Shown here: positions 21,701-36,400 of the stretch, in pieces
How the letters are laid out: each line of letters begins with the position of its first letter
Position numbering within the stretch: position 1 is the first letter of the stretch
Assembly (NCBI RefSeq): GCF_022045235.1
Contig: NW_027266268.1
Location: 38,130,001-38,194,000 of the forward strand
Reading direction: 5' to 3'
DNA from: Haliotis cracherodii
Lineage: Eukaryota
Length of the DNA: 64,000 bases
The notes under the pieces: generated by a model
The model's database searches: none
Told to the model about the DNA's origin: nothing
The model's input: only the letters and a program-made list of their open reading frames with translations
Program-made: the position numbers and the translations under genes

Positions 21701-21875
21701 CAGTAAACTACGGTTATAACGAACTCAAAGGGACCACTTATTATAGTTCGTTATAACCGTAGTTCGTTATAAGCATATACACAGCATATATACAACAAAT
21801 GGCCGGGACTAAAAAATAAGTTCGTTATATCAGTCAGTTCGTTTTAGGCGTGTTCGTTATAACCGTAGTTTACTG
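21701..21875. mobile_element. Tc1/mariner (pogo/Tigger-like) MITE
   Basis: TA|CAGTAAACTACGGTTATAACGAAC...GTTCGTTATAACCGTAGTTTACTG|TA; other copies at 58129-58303 and 59906-60070. Confidence 0.85.
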
Positions 21876-23691
21876 TATTTAATTCAGGATTGTGTAACCA
21901 TATATTAGTGATATCCTGGTCACATACAGCCTAGTTACCAGGGCAGCAGAACCTTCCTATAAATATTAGCTCCTAATCAGACAGTCAGATTAGAAACATC
22001 TCGAATCTTCATCAGAATGACAACCATTCACCGAAGTCATGCTAATCTATCAGAGGGACGGTGGTGTAGCCTAGTGGTTAAAGCGTTCGCTCGACACGCC
22101 GAAGACAAGGTTCGATTCTCCGCATGGTCACAATGTGTGAAACCCATTTCTGGTGTTTCCCGCTGTCTAATGTTGGAATGTTGATAGAAGCGGCGTAATT
22201 CCTACTCACTCACTAATCTACCAGAAGGACATCCAATCACGAACTTAAGGCACAATGTACATTTTCACATCCTGTTACAACTGCAATGTCCGAACAAGGC
22301 CAGTCCGCGCTGTTTAGTTGCCAGAGGTCCGTGATGCGTTTCTCCCGGAAATTTGGTAATTGTGAAATTTTCTATGGAAACCGTCCTGAGTATCAAGGTT
22401 TCACTGTTTATTGATGTCACACGATTTTGTTTGTTTATTTGTTTAACCCCGCTTTCAGCAATATTCCAGCTTTATGACGGCTGTCTGTAAATAATCGCGT
22501 CTGGACCAGGCAATGCAGTGATTGACATCATTAGCCTGACCACCCGATCCCGTTAGTCGCCTCATACGACAAGCATAGTCGCCTTGTACGGAAAGCATGG
22601 GTTGCTGAAGACGTATAACTTAAACTAGTCGCTGACTGAAATCCTTCTGATAGACAATTGTTAGTTATGCCACCCCCTTCTATTTTTAAAAGGGGCGGGG
22701 GTGTTTTGTCAGTCACATTACCACGAATCGAGCACTGAGTTATCTGTAGCCTTACAATCAATACACCTGTCACTTATAACATCACACAGAGCTTAGTATA
22801 ACAACGTATGCTCGCCGTAAAAGACGACTATGCTTGTCGTAAGAGGCGACAAACGGGATCGAGTGGTCAGGCTCGCTGACTTGGTTGATGCTTGTCATCG
22901 TATCCAAAATGCGTGGATCGATGCGCATGATTTCAATCACTGGATTGTCTGGACTCGATTATTTGCAGACTGCCGTCATATGGATGGAATATTGCTCAGT
23001 TTGGGTTAAACAACAAACAAATAAACAAAATAGTATAACAACAAAGCAATGTTAATTACAATGAGCATGGATTTAAAGCCATCATATACGGACTGGAACA
23101 CGGATGTGTAAACGTCAATGTATAGATACCACGACCAGTGTGATGTGCGAGGATGATCACACACCTCAAGCTATACGAGGAATACAGTGATTCCACATCT
23201 TCTCGTATTATCAACGGGGGCACGGGTGGGCCAGTCATCTAAGGCGCCGCAGTTCTTTGTGTAGAGTTCTGTCCCTTTGACGTGTAGGAAACCTGATTGT
23301 GAGTTCCAACCCCGGTTGGCCCTCCTTATGTTTCCTTAGGTGAGTCATACCACATACCAGTGCGTTCCTTAAAGTGGTAAACGTCTAAGACCTGCATCAC
23401 GTTTCTCCCACATCAAGCTCACACGCCGTGATATAACTGGAATACTGTTCAAAAAGAAAAATTTGCAAACGAAGGTAGAAAGTCGATTACGGAAAAGCGC
23501 TTAACTTTATTTGGGGATTACGTGACAAGGGACAAATTGGTTTGTCACGTTATCTTGATGGTGAGATCCGGTGTGTATACGAACTCCACAACATTGCAAC
23601 AAACACTTCATATCTTCATAGCTCACGATTGAAGGCTTAAAATGTCCTGTCAGCTCTTGGTGTGTGTGTGTGGGAGGGGTGGGGTGGGGGT

Positions 23692-23721
<30 letters not shown>

Positions 23722-23722
<1 letters not shown>

Positions 23723-26055
23723 AGTGTGGTGGATGTGATGTCGCCCTGTCTTGGATGTGTTGTCGCCATGTCGTGGATGTGATGTCGCCATGTCGTGGAT
23801 GTGATGTCGCCCTGTCGTGGATGTGATGTTGCCATATTGTGGATGTGATGACGCCATTTCGTGGATGTGATGTCGTCATGTCGTGGATGTGATGTTGCCG
23901 TGTCGTGGATGTGATGTCGCCCTGTCGTGGATGTGATGTTGCCCTGTCATGGATGTGATGCCGCCCTGTCATGGATGTGATGTCGTCCTGTCATGGATGT
24001 GATGTCGCCCTGTCGTGGATGTGATGTCGCCATGTCTTGGATGGGATGTGGCCATGTCATCGATGTGATGTCGCTATGTCGTGGATGTGGTATCGCCATG
24101 TCGTGGATGTAATGTCGCCATGTCGTGGATGTGGTATCGCCATGTCTTGGATGTGATGTCGCCCTGTCATGGATGTGATGCCGCCATGTCGTGGATGGGA
24201 TGTGGCCATGTCGTGGATGTGATGTCGCCATGTCGTGCATGTGGTATCGCCATGTCGTGGATGTGATGTCGCCATGTCGTTGATGTGGTATCGCCATGTC
24301 TTGGATGTGTTGTCGCCCTGTCATGGATGTGGTCTCGCCATGTCGTGGATGTGGTATCGCCATGTCGTGGATGTGGTATCGCCATGTCGTGGATGTGGTA
24401 TCGCCATGTCGTGGATGTGATGTCGTCCTGTCTTGGATGTGATGTTGCCCTGTCTTGGATGTGATGTCGCCCTGTCGTGGATGTGATGTCACCCTGTCAT
24501 GGATGTGATGTTGACGTGTCGTGGATAAGATGTCGCCATGTCATGGATGTGATGTTGCCATATTGTGGATGTGATGACGCCATGTCGTGGATGTGATGTT
24601 GCCCTGTCGTCGATGTGACGTCACCATGTCTTGGATGTGGTATCGCCATGTGGTGGATGTGATGTCGCCCTGTCATGGATGTGATGTTGACGTGTAGTGG
24701 ATATGATGTCGCCCTGTCGTGGATGTGATGTCGCCATGTCTTGGATGGGATGTGGCCATGTCATCGATGTGATGTCGCCATGTCATGGATGTGTTGTCGC
24801 CCTGTCGTGGATGTGATGTCGCCCTGTCGTGGATGTGATGTCGCCCTGTCGTGGATGTGGTATCGCAATGTCGTGGATGTGGTATCGCCATGTCGTGGAT
24901 GTGATTTTGCCATGTCGTGGATGTGGTATCGCCATGTCGTGGATGTGGTATCGCCATGTCTTGGATGTGATGTTGCCCTGTCATAGATGTGATGTCATCC
25001 TGTCGTGGATGTGATTTCGCCCTGTCCTGGATGTGATGTTGCCCTGTCATGGATGTGATGTCACCCTGTCGTGGATAAGATGTCGCCATGTTGTGGATGT
25101 GATGTCCCCATATTGTGGATGTGATGTCGCCATGTCGTGGATGTGATATCGCCCTGTCGTCGATGTGATGTCACGATGTTTTGGATGTGATGTCGCCATG
25201 TCGTGGATGTGATGTCGCCCTGTCGTCGATGTGATGTCACGATGTCTTGGATGTGATGTCGCCATGCCGTGGATGTGGTATCGCCATGTCGTGGATGTGA
25301 TGTCGCCATGTCTTGGATGTGATGTCGCCATGTCGTGGATGTGGTATCGCCATGTCTTGGATGTAATGTCGCCATGTCTTGGATGTAATGTCGCCATGTC
25401 TTGGATGTGATGTCGCCATGTCGTGGATGTGGTATCGCCATGTCGTGGATGTAATGTCGCCATGTCTTGGATGTAATGTCGCCATGTCTTGGATCTGATG
25501 TCGCCATGTCGTGGATGTGGTATCGCCATGTCGTGGATGTAATGTCGCCATGTCTTGGATGTAATGTCGCCATGTCTTGGATGTGATGTCGCCATGTCGT
25601 GGATGTGATGTCGCCATGTCTTGGATGTGATGTCGCCATGTCGTGGATGTGATGTCGCCCTGTCGTGGATGTGATGTCGTCCTGTCGTGGATGTGGTATC
25701 GCCATGTCTTGGATGTGATGTCGCCATGTTGTGGATGTGGTATCGCCCTGTCGTGGATGTGATGTCGCCATGTCGTGGATGTGGTATCGCCATGTCTTGG
25801 ATGTGATGTCGCCATGTCGTGGATGTGGTATCGCCATGTCTTGGATGTAATGTCGCCATGTCGTGGATGTGGTATCGCCATGTCTTGGATGTAATGTCGC
25901 CATGTCTTGGATGTAATGTCGCCATGCCTTGGATGTGATGTTGCCCTGTCGTAGATGTGATGTTGCATTGTTGTGGATGTGATGTCGTTTTGTCGTAGAT
26001 GTGATGTTGCCCTGTCGTAGATGTGATGTCGCGCTGTCCTGAATGTGATGTCGCC
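23722..26055. repeat. 22-bp minisatellite, ~105 copies
   Basis: Unit TGGATGTGATGTCGCCATGTCG. Confidence 0.95.
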
Positions 26056-26084
26056 GTGCGGATTGGAGACGTCGTCTTTAAAGG

Positions 26085-26590
26085 CGTCGTGAGGGAACGT
26101 TTTGCACGAAACTGAATACAGAAAGTGGACAGATTTGGTGGTAGTAGTATGATTTTGTGGGCAGCCATCTCCTACACTGGTAGAACAGATTCGTAGTATG
26201 ATTATGTGGGCAGCCATTTCCTACACTGGTAGAACAGACTTGGTGCAAGTTATGGGGAATTTAACGTCACAACGGTACAAGGATGAGATTCTTCGGCCAC
26301 ACGTCCTTCTCATTATGCAACAGGCGAACATTATTTTCCAAGAAGACTGACAACAGCCTTTGTCAGGAATCACAGGAACCAGGTCCTGCCATGGCTCTCC
26401 AGATTTAAACCCAATCGAACAGTATAGGATGCACTGGTTCGCCGACAGCGAGCACGTCGGTAACAACCACAGAACCTGCGACAGTTGGCACGAGCACTGC
26501 AGGCAGAGTGGGTGAACATTCCCCAGGCCACAATTCGGGATTTGATTGCTTCCATGGGACGACGATGCCAGTCAGTTTTGGATAACCTTC
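26085..26590 (+). pseudogene. Degenerate Tc1 transposase DDE-domain fragment
   Basis: Translates as ..DRFGGSSMILWAAISYTGRTDLVQVMGNLTSQRYKDEILRPHV..IFQ.. followed by an eroded WP..SPDLNPIE; contains stops and frameshifts. Confidence 0.75.
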
Positions 26591-26924
26591 ACCATGAAAA
26601 TCTACTGTTCCACCTGTGCCAACATTTTTGCGGGTTTTTTGGCAGAGTATATAAGAATATGAATTGGCCTCTATTTCCCTTTCAGGGTGCCACAAAAACA
26701 CTTTGATACACATATATGTGAGTATGAAACCAAACCAATGGTTTGGGGCTATCCAGAGTCTTCTTCAATCCGCTGATCACTAACGGCGACTCCATATTCC
26801 AGAACATGAACGCATTCGAAATTCAACCATTCGTTCATTTGGTTTAGTGGTGTTCCACGCCAAAACTCTAAAATTGTATTATTAAAAAACGATTTACTGT
26901 CTGTGATTGTCATAATATTATTGT

Positions 26925-27357
26925 TCCTGTATCTTCCTCTTTCGTTGACTTGTGCTTCCTGTATCTTCCTCTTTGGTTGACATTTGCTTCCTGTATCTTC
27001 CTCTTTGGTTGACATGTGCTTCCTGTATCTTCCTCTTTGGTTGACTTGTGCTTCCTGTATCTTCCTCTTTGGTTGACATGTGCTTCCTGTATCTTCCTCT
27101 TTGGTTGACTTGTGCTTCCTGTATCTTCCTCTTTGGTTGACATGTGCTTCCTTTATCTTCCTCTGTGGTTGACATATGCTTCCTGTATCTTCCTCTTTTG
27201 TTGACATGTGCTTCCTGTATCTTCCTCTTTGGTTGACATGAGCTTCCTGTATCTACCTCTTTGGTTGACATGTGCTTCCTGTATCTTCCTCTTTGGTTTA
27301 CATGTGCTTCCTGTATCTTCCTCTTTGGTTTACATGTGCCTCTGTATCTTCCTCTTT
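26925..27357. repeat. 32-bp minisatellite, ~13 copies
   Basis: Unit TGTGCTTCCTGTATCTTCCTCTTTGGTTGACA. Confidence 0.95.
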
Positions 27358-30300
27358 GAGAACATTTTAACGTAGTCTGGTTAAAGACAATTATTTTGCT
27401 GTATTGGCAGTGTACTGAACACAACTATATTCATGACAGGTCATCATCATGTATGTAGTTTTAAAAGAACCATGGCGATAAAACACCACCTCGTCTTGTT
27501 TCTTGTAAGATTGGAAACCACTTTCAAAGAGCCTTTGTTCAAAGTACAGTTGTTCATTTCCACATACATGGCCACTGTAGTTCTAAGAATCTGAGGGGTG
27601 GTCGGGTATCCTACTGGTTAAAGCGTTCGCTCCTCACGCCGAATACCCGGGTTCGATTCCCGACATGGGTACAATGTGTGAAGCCCATTTCTGGTGTCCC
27701 CCGCCGTGATATTGCTGGAATATTGCTAAAAGCGGCGTAAAACCTTATTCAACTCAACAATACCCCCTCCCAAAACTCGTACACTGTTGGCAGCAGCGTG
27801 ATGCCAAGCTTGAAATACCAACAAAGCAAAACTATTCACCAAAACCTCAAACGAAGGATATCAAGTTGTCTGTTAACTGAATATTAACATAAATTATTGT
27901 GTAAAGTATTTACAAAGAGACGGGGCGGTCGGGTAGCCTAGTGGTTAAAGCGTTCGCTCGCCACGCAGAAGACCCGGGTTCGATTCCCGACATGGGTACA
28001 ATGTGTGAAGCCCATTTCTGGTTTCCCCCGCCGGGATATTGCTGGAATATTGCTAAAAGCGGCGTAAAACCATACGTACCCACTCACTCATTACAAAGAG
28101 ACAGTTAATATTTGTAGTGTATATAAGCTCAGAAATGTATGCTTTATTTCACAACATTTCGTAGTTCCTGTTTGTGTCTTTAAAGATTTTGCTTGGGTAA
28201 AAAGGGTTATTTCAAGATGCCAAAGGTGGTATCAAAGAGTGTCGTGTGTACGGACGCGAAGCATCAAGGGGAATATCAGGGAGAGAAGCCCTTACATGTT
28301 TATTATTGCATTTGTGGATTCATGATTTCCTTTTGCGAATAAGCCACACGTGAGTGAGTGGGTTGGGTTTTAAGCCGTTTTTAGGAATATTCCAGCAATA
28401 TCACAGTGGGGAACATCAAACATAGCCTTCATACATTGTAGCAATCGAACTCGGGCCTTCGGCGTGACGAGTGAGCGTGTTAACCACTTTGCTACCCCAC
28501 CGCCCCAGCCACAAGTCAAACAGTCTATGTTGTGTAATAGATCTGCTATAATATCGTGTAACCCTGTTGCGAGATTCAAAGCTATGTACTCATGCAGTGT
28601 TGGCCAAAGTAATTCTCATCCTTACTGTCGTACAATTGAAGAAAATACCACGTCTGTTGTTTTCAGGAATTAACTCACTCACTCATTGACATTATGATGA
28701 GCACGTTGTATTTAAATATATGTAAAAAAATAATTGCCATTTCTCCTTAACTGATAACCTTTTCCATACTGGGGATAATAGAGGGAGGTGTTTGGTTAGC
28801 ATTGTCATTCATATGTTAGGACATCCGATTGAAAATGCTAGATTCTCAACATTACATAATGTGAAAAAAGCCGACAAACCAATATTTTAAGCATAAGAAG
28901 CCACTTTCTGGTGTTCCTGCCTGAACAACTCTTGTCAAACCACTTAGCACAGAATATTTCGCCATGAAATCTTCCCGTTTGCGGTTCATCATGTGATAAT
29001 ATACACACACTCGTCAAAAGTTCCAGTTATCTACGAGTTGCGCACAGAGGATTGGGTGTCCACTTCAGCTTGGGACGCATTCGCACGTACAACTCTCAGC
29101 AAACACAAAAAATCAAAGTTCGACTGTTTATTCTGATGCAATGCATGTCAAATACGGGAGCCATCGCACATCGTAGAGACCGTGAACATCATGATTCCTC
29201 ATTTACATCACAGTTTTACCTCTTCTACAACATGTGCGTTCTTCACAACAAATCGAACCCGTGATTATCCGGGATATAATAGGTCTTCAGCAACCCATAC
29301 TTGCCGTAAAAGGCGACTGTGCTTGTTATAAAAGGCGACTTACGGGATCGGATGGTCAGTCTCACAGACTTGGTTGATGTTTGTCATCGATCCCAATTGC
29401 GTGGATCGATGCTCATGATATTAATCACTGGATTGTCTGGTACAGACTCGATTATTTACAGACCGCCGTCATGTAGCTGGAATATTGCTGAGTGCTGCGT
29501 AAAACAACCAACCAACCTACCACAGCAAATCGTCAAAAACACGTTTTTCTTCCAAAGAGAGATAATTATAAAACACATGTTCTTTGCACTCCTCTCAGAA
29601 AATCTCGTAACATCGCTTTTCCTTCCTCTAAAGTGGTTATGTTGATCCCTTCCAGGAACCAAGGAAGAGAAGTGTAATATTACATCTCCCGGGGAGCCGC
29701 ATTATATACTCTGCGCATTCGTATCGGTAGTCTCTGGGTGTTTATGCTGATAGTCTTACCAGGCTTTGTATGCTATCTGTGGACACTTCAAGATGATACC
29801 ACTGTGTTCAAGTGAGCCTGTGAGCCTGTTCCTGGTATTTTCCGTTTTCTCGTTGTTTGCAGTTCCAGCATGCAGCACAGAACGATGTAGCATTCAGTAC
29901 TCCGTCGTTTTCAGGACTATTGGGGAAAAGCTGTGCCATACTAGATGTATTGTCCATGGTTTAACTTTGAATGTCGAATACGTGAATGAAACTTCAACCT
30001 GTGATCAATCAAGGCATGAATCAAAGAAGGTGATGGAGATCGGAAAAATTTGAACTAAGTAATTGTAAACTACAGTGTTTAATCACTGTGTATATAGAAT
30101 ACATCCAAATATTAAACATGGCGATGTACCTTTGTGATTAGTTTAAAGTAAATGCATTTCGATGTTTTTCTTGTAAATGTGCTAAAATAATGAGTATATA
30201 AGTGTAATATTTTGGACAGCAAGATGAGGCTGTGAACTGTCTGTGTTTATGTTCTGTAGACAACATTGACATAACAGTTACCCTGAAACCAGTTTCTATG

Positions 30301-32789
30301 AATATATGTAAAACACAACAGACGAGGAAGAGTGACCCTGGCCAAGAAATTGTCAATTTTCAACTTTTTCAAAACCTCAATAATCTAATAGTTCTACAAG
30401 GCGCATTTTTGGTTTTGCCGCATTTATTTGAAAACAATGGTCTCCATGTTTTTCGTACTTAAGTGATTGCATCATGGTCGTTACTGTTATATGGTGCCAT
30501 AGAAGTTGACTATGCTTGTGGTAAGAGGCGAGTAACGGGATCGGATGGTCAGGCTCGCTGACTTGATTGATGCATGGGGGGCACGGGTGGCCCAGTCGTC
30601 TAAGGCGCCGCGACTCGCTGTGCAGAGTTGCGTCCCTTAGGCACGCTAGAAACCTATGATTGTGGGTTCGAATTCCGGTTCGCCCCGATTATGTTTCTAG
30701 GTTTGTCAGCACCATACCCGTGCTCGTGGGTTTCACCGAAGTGGTAAACGTCTAAGACCTGCATCACTTCGGGCTTTCCTCCCACATTAAGCTGACACGC
30801 CGTGATATGACTGGAATACTGTTAAAAGCGGCGTTAAACCCAAATCACTCATTCACTCACTGATTGATGCATGGCATTGTATCCCAAATGCGTGGATCGA
30901 TGATCACTGGATTGACTGTTCCTGAATCGATTATTTACAGACCGCCATCATATAGTTGGAATATTGCTGGGTGCCGCGTTCAACAAGAAAGAAACAAAAC
31001 TGTTATATGGCACTGTATTTTGTTGTAGGATAATGATTGTAACTGTATTACATTGTTTCTGTTGAGATTCGGTAGAAGCTCATTGCATTGTGTTTGGACA
31101 GTGACTGACAGTCAGGAATGTAGTCCTACTTAACGTAATTCAATTCTTTATTTCAGTATAAAGGCCATAGGCCCACGTACAAATACTCATTGAAAAATAC
31201 AGTATGAGGCAGATGACAGAGGGTATAAAGTGACAGTATTTCGGATTCCAGGTGCTTCCAGTATATACTTAACACAATTAGTTACAATACGTGTGCGGTT
31301 ACAAGATAATAGTGTATTATATTTATATAAAGTAGGATTTGAAGAGTAATAAATAGGTAAATACTTATTTCTTAAATACCGGTAACTTTGGCAGACAAGC
31401 ATAAAATGAAACTCATCTTGTAAATTTCAAAATCTGCACTGCCTATTACAGTACTCTATACCGCATCTTCTACTTAAATTTACCCTGTATGATAATACAG
31501 GCTTAATTTGACTGTCAAATATTTTAAAAAGTATATGTACGGGTATGTTCTTCAAACAATGCTGTAATTTCTTAACAACCAACATAGCCTTATTTGCCTT
31601 CTGAACAAGAGAGTTAATACCAGTCGTCCAACACAGCCGATTAGGTGCTCAGGCACGGTGACTTTGTTGGTCCCTTTCAGTCTATGCTGATGGCAAGAGG
31701 CGACTCAATGGATTAGTTGGTCAGGCACGGTGACTTGGTTGATGACGCGGCCACGTACCCGAAGGCGTGGATCAATGGTCATAATATCAATCACCGGAAT
31801 GCCTAGCCCAGAGTAGATTGTGTCTGGCCATCTTGATGAGTGCCGTTAAACAACAAACACGCACACAACCAAGGCATGGTAGGTATGTTGTGGTGAATCA
31901 AGTCATCAGTCTATCTAAGATGAAGTATGTCAGTCCTATTGGAACTTTTGATTTGATTCCACAGGTACAAGAGGAATAATTTCATATCCAAACTGTGCAT
32001 TAACGCCACTGTAACTACCCCGAATCGCTCTTTTAACAGTGTTCACGTTCTTAAATTTTGAAACTTTGGAACATTTGTGATCATTTTGGAATGTGAACTC
32101 TCTATCACACAACACCACGCCCGACAGGACGCCTTGTATAACGCCTATCTCGTAAGGAACGCGTTATATATTTGTTCTTGGAGAATTAGCTTTTGAGATT
32201 GAATAGGACTGTGCTTGTAGGTATTGCAAGGCATGGTTGTTCCCCAGTACTCTATACTTACACCCCTATCAGGATTTCTGTATCGAGAATATGTCACGGT
32301 TACCCTTTCATAGTATACCAACAGTTGGGTCAGGTTTTCCCATTGCATGACCTCGTGTGTCGTGGTACCGTGTTGTTTAGTCGACGAGTTGTTGCCCAGT
32401 CGGGGCGGTCGGGTATCCTAGTGGTTAAAGCGTTCGCTCGTCACGCCGAAGACCCGGGTTCGATTCCCGACATGGGTACAATGTGTGACGCCCATTTCTG
32501 GTTTCCCCCGCCGTGATATTGCTGGAATATTGCTAAAAGCGGCGTAAAACCATACTCAGTCAGTGTTGCCCAGTCCCGTTTCACCTCACCTTTATTACTT
32601 AAAGACTGACTAGTAATTCGTGAGAAACTTCTGGGCCTATGTATTTATGTGTAAGGTGCAAGGCCAAACTGATTGTTTAAAGTAAACTTTATGTCACTAT
32701 CGTATTATCACGGCCGTGTGGTCTGGTGAAATGCTAAGTTGCTCTCATTTATTCTTTACTTAAATAATATTTATATTAATCTTTTGCAG

Positions 32790-33173
32790 GCAATTGACTG
32801 TGGCCCATACATTGACTTTCCCGACATCTCCGATTTCATCCAAAAGAAGCAGCACCGTCTGCTGGACGAGGACCGGAAGGTGCTCCAGTGCTGCTACTCT
32901 GTGCTAGGGGGAGAGCCCAACTGGGTGTGGAAGAATGCCAGCATAGAGGTGTACGGGAGATTCCTCATTGTCAAGTTTTACGCCGGAAGTCAGTGCAACA
33001 AATATGTTGTGTCCATCAACAACGAAAAAGTGAACACGCAGTGTGTCAACAGAGGGCTGCGTCTCAAGCTCAGAGATGGCTTCCGGTCGGTATTCAGCTG
33101 GATTGCGGGCACGGCTCAAACTGTTCTGGGAGCAGTGGCTGGAGGTGGAATGAGGATGCTGACCTTTCAATGA
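32790..33173 (+). CDS. Host gene of unknown family, paralog 2 (last coding exon)
   Basis: TTTTGCAG acceptor in phase 0, at the same position as in paralog 1; conserved VLQCC, EPxWVW, EVYG, CVNRG and RDGFRSV motifs; upstream exons not identified. Confidence 0.75.
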   Translation, partial: AIDCGPYIDFPDISDFIQKKQHRLLDEDRKVLQCCYSVLGGEPNWVWKNASIEVYGRFLIVKFYAGSQCNKYVVSINNEKVNTQCVNRGLRLKLRDGFRSVFSWIAGTAQTVLGAVAGGGMRMLTFQ

Positions 33174-35064
33174 GTACAGTTCCTGTTTAGAGTTTAGGAT
33201 CAAACATTAAGTTATTGAGAGAATACCTGGACCCAAGCCTTGGGTTCACACCTATCGCAGCCTTGTGAAAAAGAGGTGACATCTTTGGGCTTCATGGATC
33301 GTAACATTCCAGATGTTTTCTCTACCACCACTTTCACCTGAACCAAATTATGTACCATCTAGATGGACAAAGTAGACACAATGTATGGATTACAACTTCT
33401 TTATTTACTGTAAAGGCGATGTTTCGGTGCCTTGTCATCAACCAATTCCTACGTAATCCATATCAATCAATTCATGTACATGTACCCGTGTTCTTCTGAG
33501 TAATCCACAAAATAAATGGAGAATCTTTTTAATACGATGATAATGTTGATGGGTAAATTGTGGTTTTGGAATCAATGTTCTTCTGTGCTGTCAGGACAAT
33601 GCGTTCTTTGGTTGCGCCATAGTGGTTCATGCCTTTGATCATCGTCGCTTGAGGCATTTTCCCAAAATTTTGTCGACACGCAACTGAGAAACACGCCAAT
33701 TCGCGGTAAAATCACTCACTGTTTAACTCATTATTTACATGAAGGCATACACGACAGAACAAATGTAACTCTTTCGAACTTGCACAATCACTCCAGTGTC
33801 CGCAGATCATTGAAATGGCTCTTACCTATACCTGTATTCTACAGTTCAACATCCACGTCAAAAGAAACTTAATTGCGAGTCTCCGATAAAAAAACCGTTA
33901 CAAGAGAACTGTAGTTACTGTCGTGTCGGACAGACAACACGGAGATGTGGCCACCCATCAACACAGCTGACCAAAGTGCCCATAAAATATTATTAAGCAG
34001 GGCTCATAGAGTAAAACAGAAAAGCATGTGTTGTGAATAAAACCGTCAAAACCCTTTCCATAATCATAAGAAATCTCTGCTTAAAGCAGAGTTTATTGTA
34101 CGATTCCGACTTTATGATGAGCATGCGTTTATTGATTCATTATCAAATGTTCGCGAACATTTGTGCCCATCCTGTCCCACCGATGGCATCCGTCACAAAC
34201 ACATGCAGAGGCAGAGCAAACACAGGAAAATATGTTACTGGTCAAAAAAGGGAATTACATGGGACATCATTTTGATCACTGATGCGTCAAATTTAGAAAT
34301 GACCTCGTGTTCACCCTAAAACATGTTGAAAGGAAAAACACTCCTTGAATATTGTCACCGTGATCAACAAACGTTTGAGCAAGAGTCGTAGAAAAGCATG
34401 CTCGATTGTACGTCAAATGTTGTTAATTCAAGACACCAAAACTAGAGCTGCTGGAATATAACCCGACATAAAGAGAAAGATTCACCAGTCTCTTTTATTT
34501 CTATTTCAATGGAATTGACTGTCCATGGGATTAATCAATTAATATTATTCATTTACTCATTTACTGAAAGCCCACAGGCTTATAATGCAGATTGCATGGG
34601 TAGTGTAATATACATACGTTTGATAAATCTTTAACATACAGTTTTCTATAATTCTTTGCATGGAATACATATAATGTCACGTTGACATTTTCGGTTTGTG
34701 TGTTTGTTGTTTAACGCCACACTCAGCAATATTCCAGCTATATGACGGCGGTCTGTAAATAATCGAGTCTGGACCAGACAATCCAGTGATTGATATCATG
34801 AGCATAGATCCACGCAATTGGGATCGATGACATACATCAACCAAGTCAGCGAGTCTGACCACCCGATCCCGTTAGTCGCCTTTTACGACAAGCATAGTCA
34901 CCTTTTACGGCAAGCATGCGTTGCTGACGACCTATTCTACCCCGGATCTTCTCGAGGGGAGACAAGCATGGGTTTGATGAAGACCTATTCTACCCCGGAT
35001 CTTCTCGAGAGGAGACAAGCATGGGTTTGACGAAGACCTATTCTACCCCGGATCTTCACGGTTC

Positions 35065-36170
35065 TTGACCTTTTTCGGAAGTACAGTAAACTTTAAAATG
35101 TTTGGTGGCTGGTACATATATGGCGAAGAATATTCAATATGCAAATGCTCGAATACTGGACATACAAAGAAAAGATGGTACTCATCTACTACTTCCAGTT
35201 TCTTGCACAATTTACAAACTATTTGTTCTTCCAATACTAGTATTTGCGTGTGCCTTCCTGTTCAATGCCAAGAGTATGCGATGAGCGTCTTATTTGAAAA
35301 AAAAGATATTCTAATTTTTTTGCAAAATAGGTTTCAAAAGATATTCTATTCTTGTGTTTAAAATTAAGTTTTAAACATTACATAATTACATTTTGTTGAT
35401 AATAATAGTGCCGAGTTCCATTTCTGTATATACACATCCTTTAGTTTTTGAGTGACCATGTTTAAACAATGTTCAGGGTATTCTTCCTTTCCATATAGCC
35501 CAAACCAAGTTCATTCATAGTTATCTGAACACATGAGACTCAATCTACGCTTCCAGAACTATCATAAAACAGCATCATTTCATAACATGTTCTTGGATAT
35601 TTGTAGGGAGGCATGTGTAATAATTTTACCCAATACGGTATCATGTTTATCTGTGTATATATAAATAATGGAAATCCACCACATTCACCATACAAACTGC
35701 ATGTGGTGAATTAATCTTAAATCCTCAAAATCGTTTACATGCATTGGCGTGTACTCTTTCAATAAAGTCTAACTTCGAGATACCCCATATCTCAGCCCCA
35801 TGCAACAAAATGGGATTAATGGTTTTATCTAAGATCTTAATAAATACATCAAAGTTTCTTTAGAGTGTTAAGAATGGCAAAGAAGATCTTTCTTGCCTGG
35901 ATGGCAGCTTGTGCTGAATTGAAATTCCATGACGGTTTACTAGGGAAATAGACAACCGGATATTTGTATTTAGTAACAACATCCAATACATTGTCTTCAT
36001 AAAACCATTCCCCCGTTTTGATAATATGCCGCTCTTTTGGAAAACAATCACCTTTTTTCACATGTTGACCGTTAGACTTTTCGCCAAACTGTTCTGATAC
36101 TTTAATATCATGTTGTAATCCAGTTATGGTGCTGGAAATAATTCCATGGCTAATTCGTTAATAAAGAAAG
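35065..36170 (-). pseudogene. LINE ORF2 3' fragment
   Basis: C-terminal CKLC..DEYHLFFVC zinc-knuckle-like motif and RT C-terminal-like KYKY segment; heavily disrupted. Confidence 0.6.
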
Positions 36171-36189
36171 AACGGAATTAATTTGACCA

Positions 36190-36400
36190 TAATTGAATGA
36201 TATAAGATCATCGATCACTGAAACATCCTTCCCAAGTTCCTGCCTTTTGATTTTGCAAATCCGAACAGAAATTCCGTTTCATATGCTTGAAGGAACAGAT
36301 GAGCAAAAGATGAACACATTTGGTGCCCATGGGGATGCCTACTTCTTGCCCAAATGTCAAATGTCTTATCCCTAAAGATCCAAACATTTCACACACTCGT
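36190..36400 (-). pseudogene. Penelope-like reverse transcriptase fragment
   Basis: GQEVGIPMGTKC resembles the QxxGIPMGTNCAP motif. Confidence 0.45.

Noticed and set aside
23637-26217. Long His/Thr-rich ORFs (up to 373 aa)
   Set aside because: They are translations of the 22-bp minisatellite in several frames.
27922-27990. tRNA-Asp-like genes
   Set aside because: They are SINE heads with an imperfect acceptor stem, a fixed body and tail, and TSDs.
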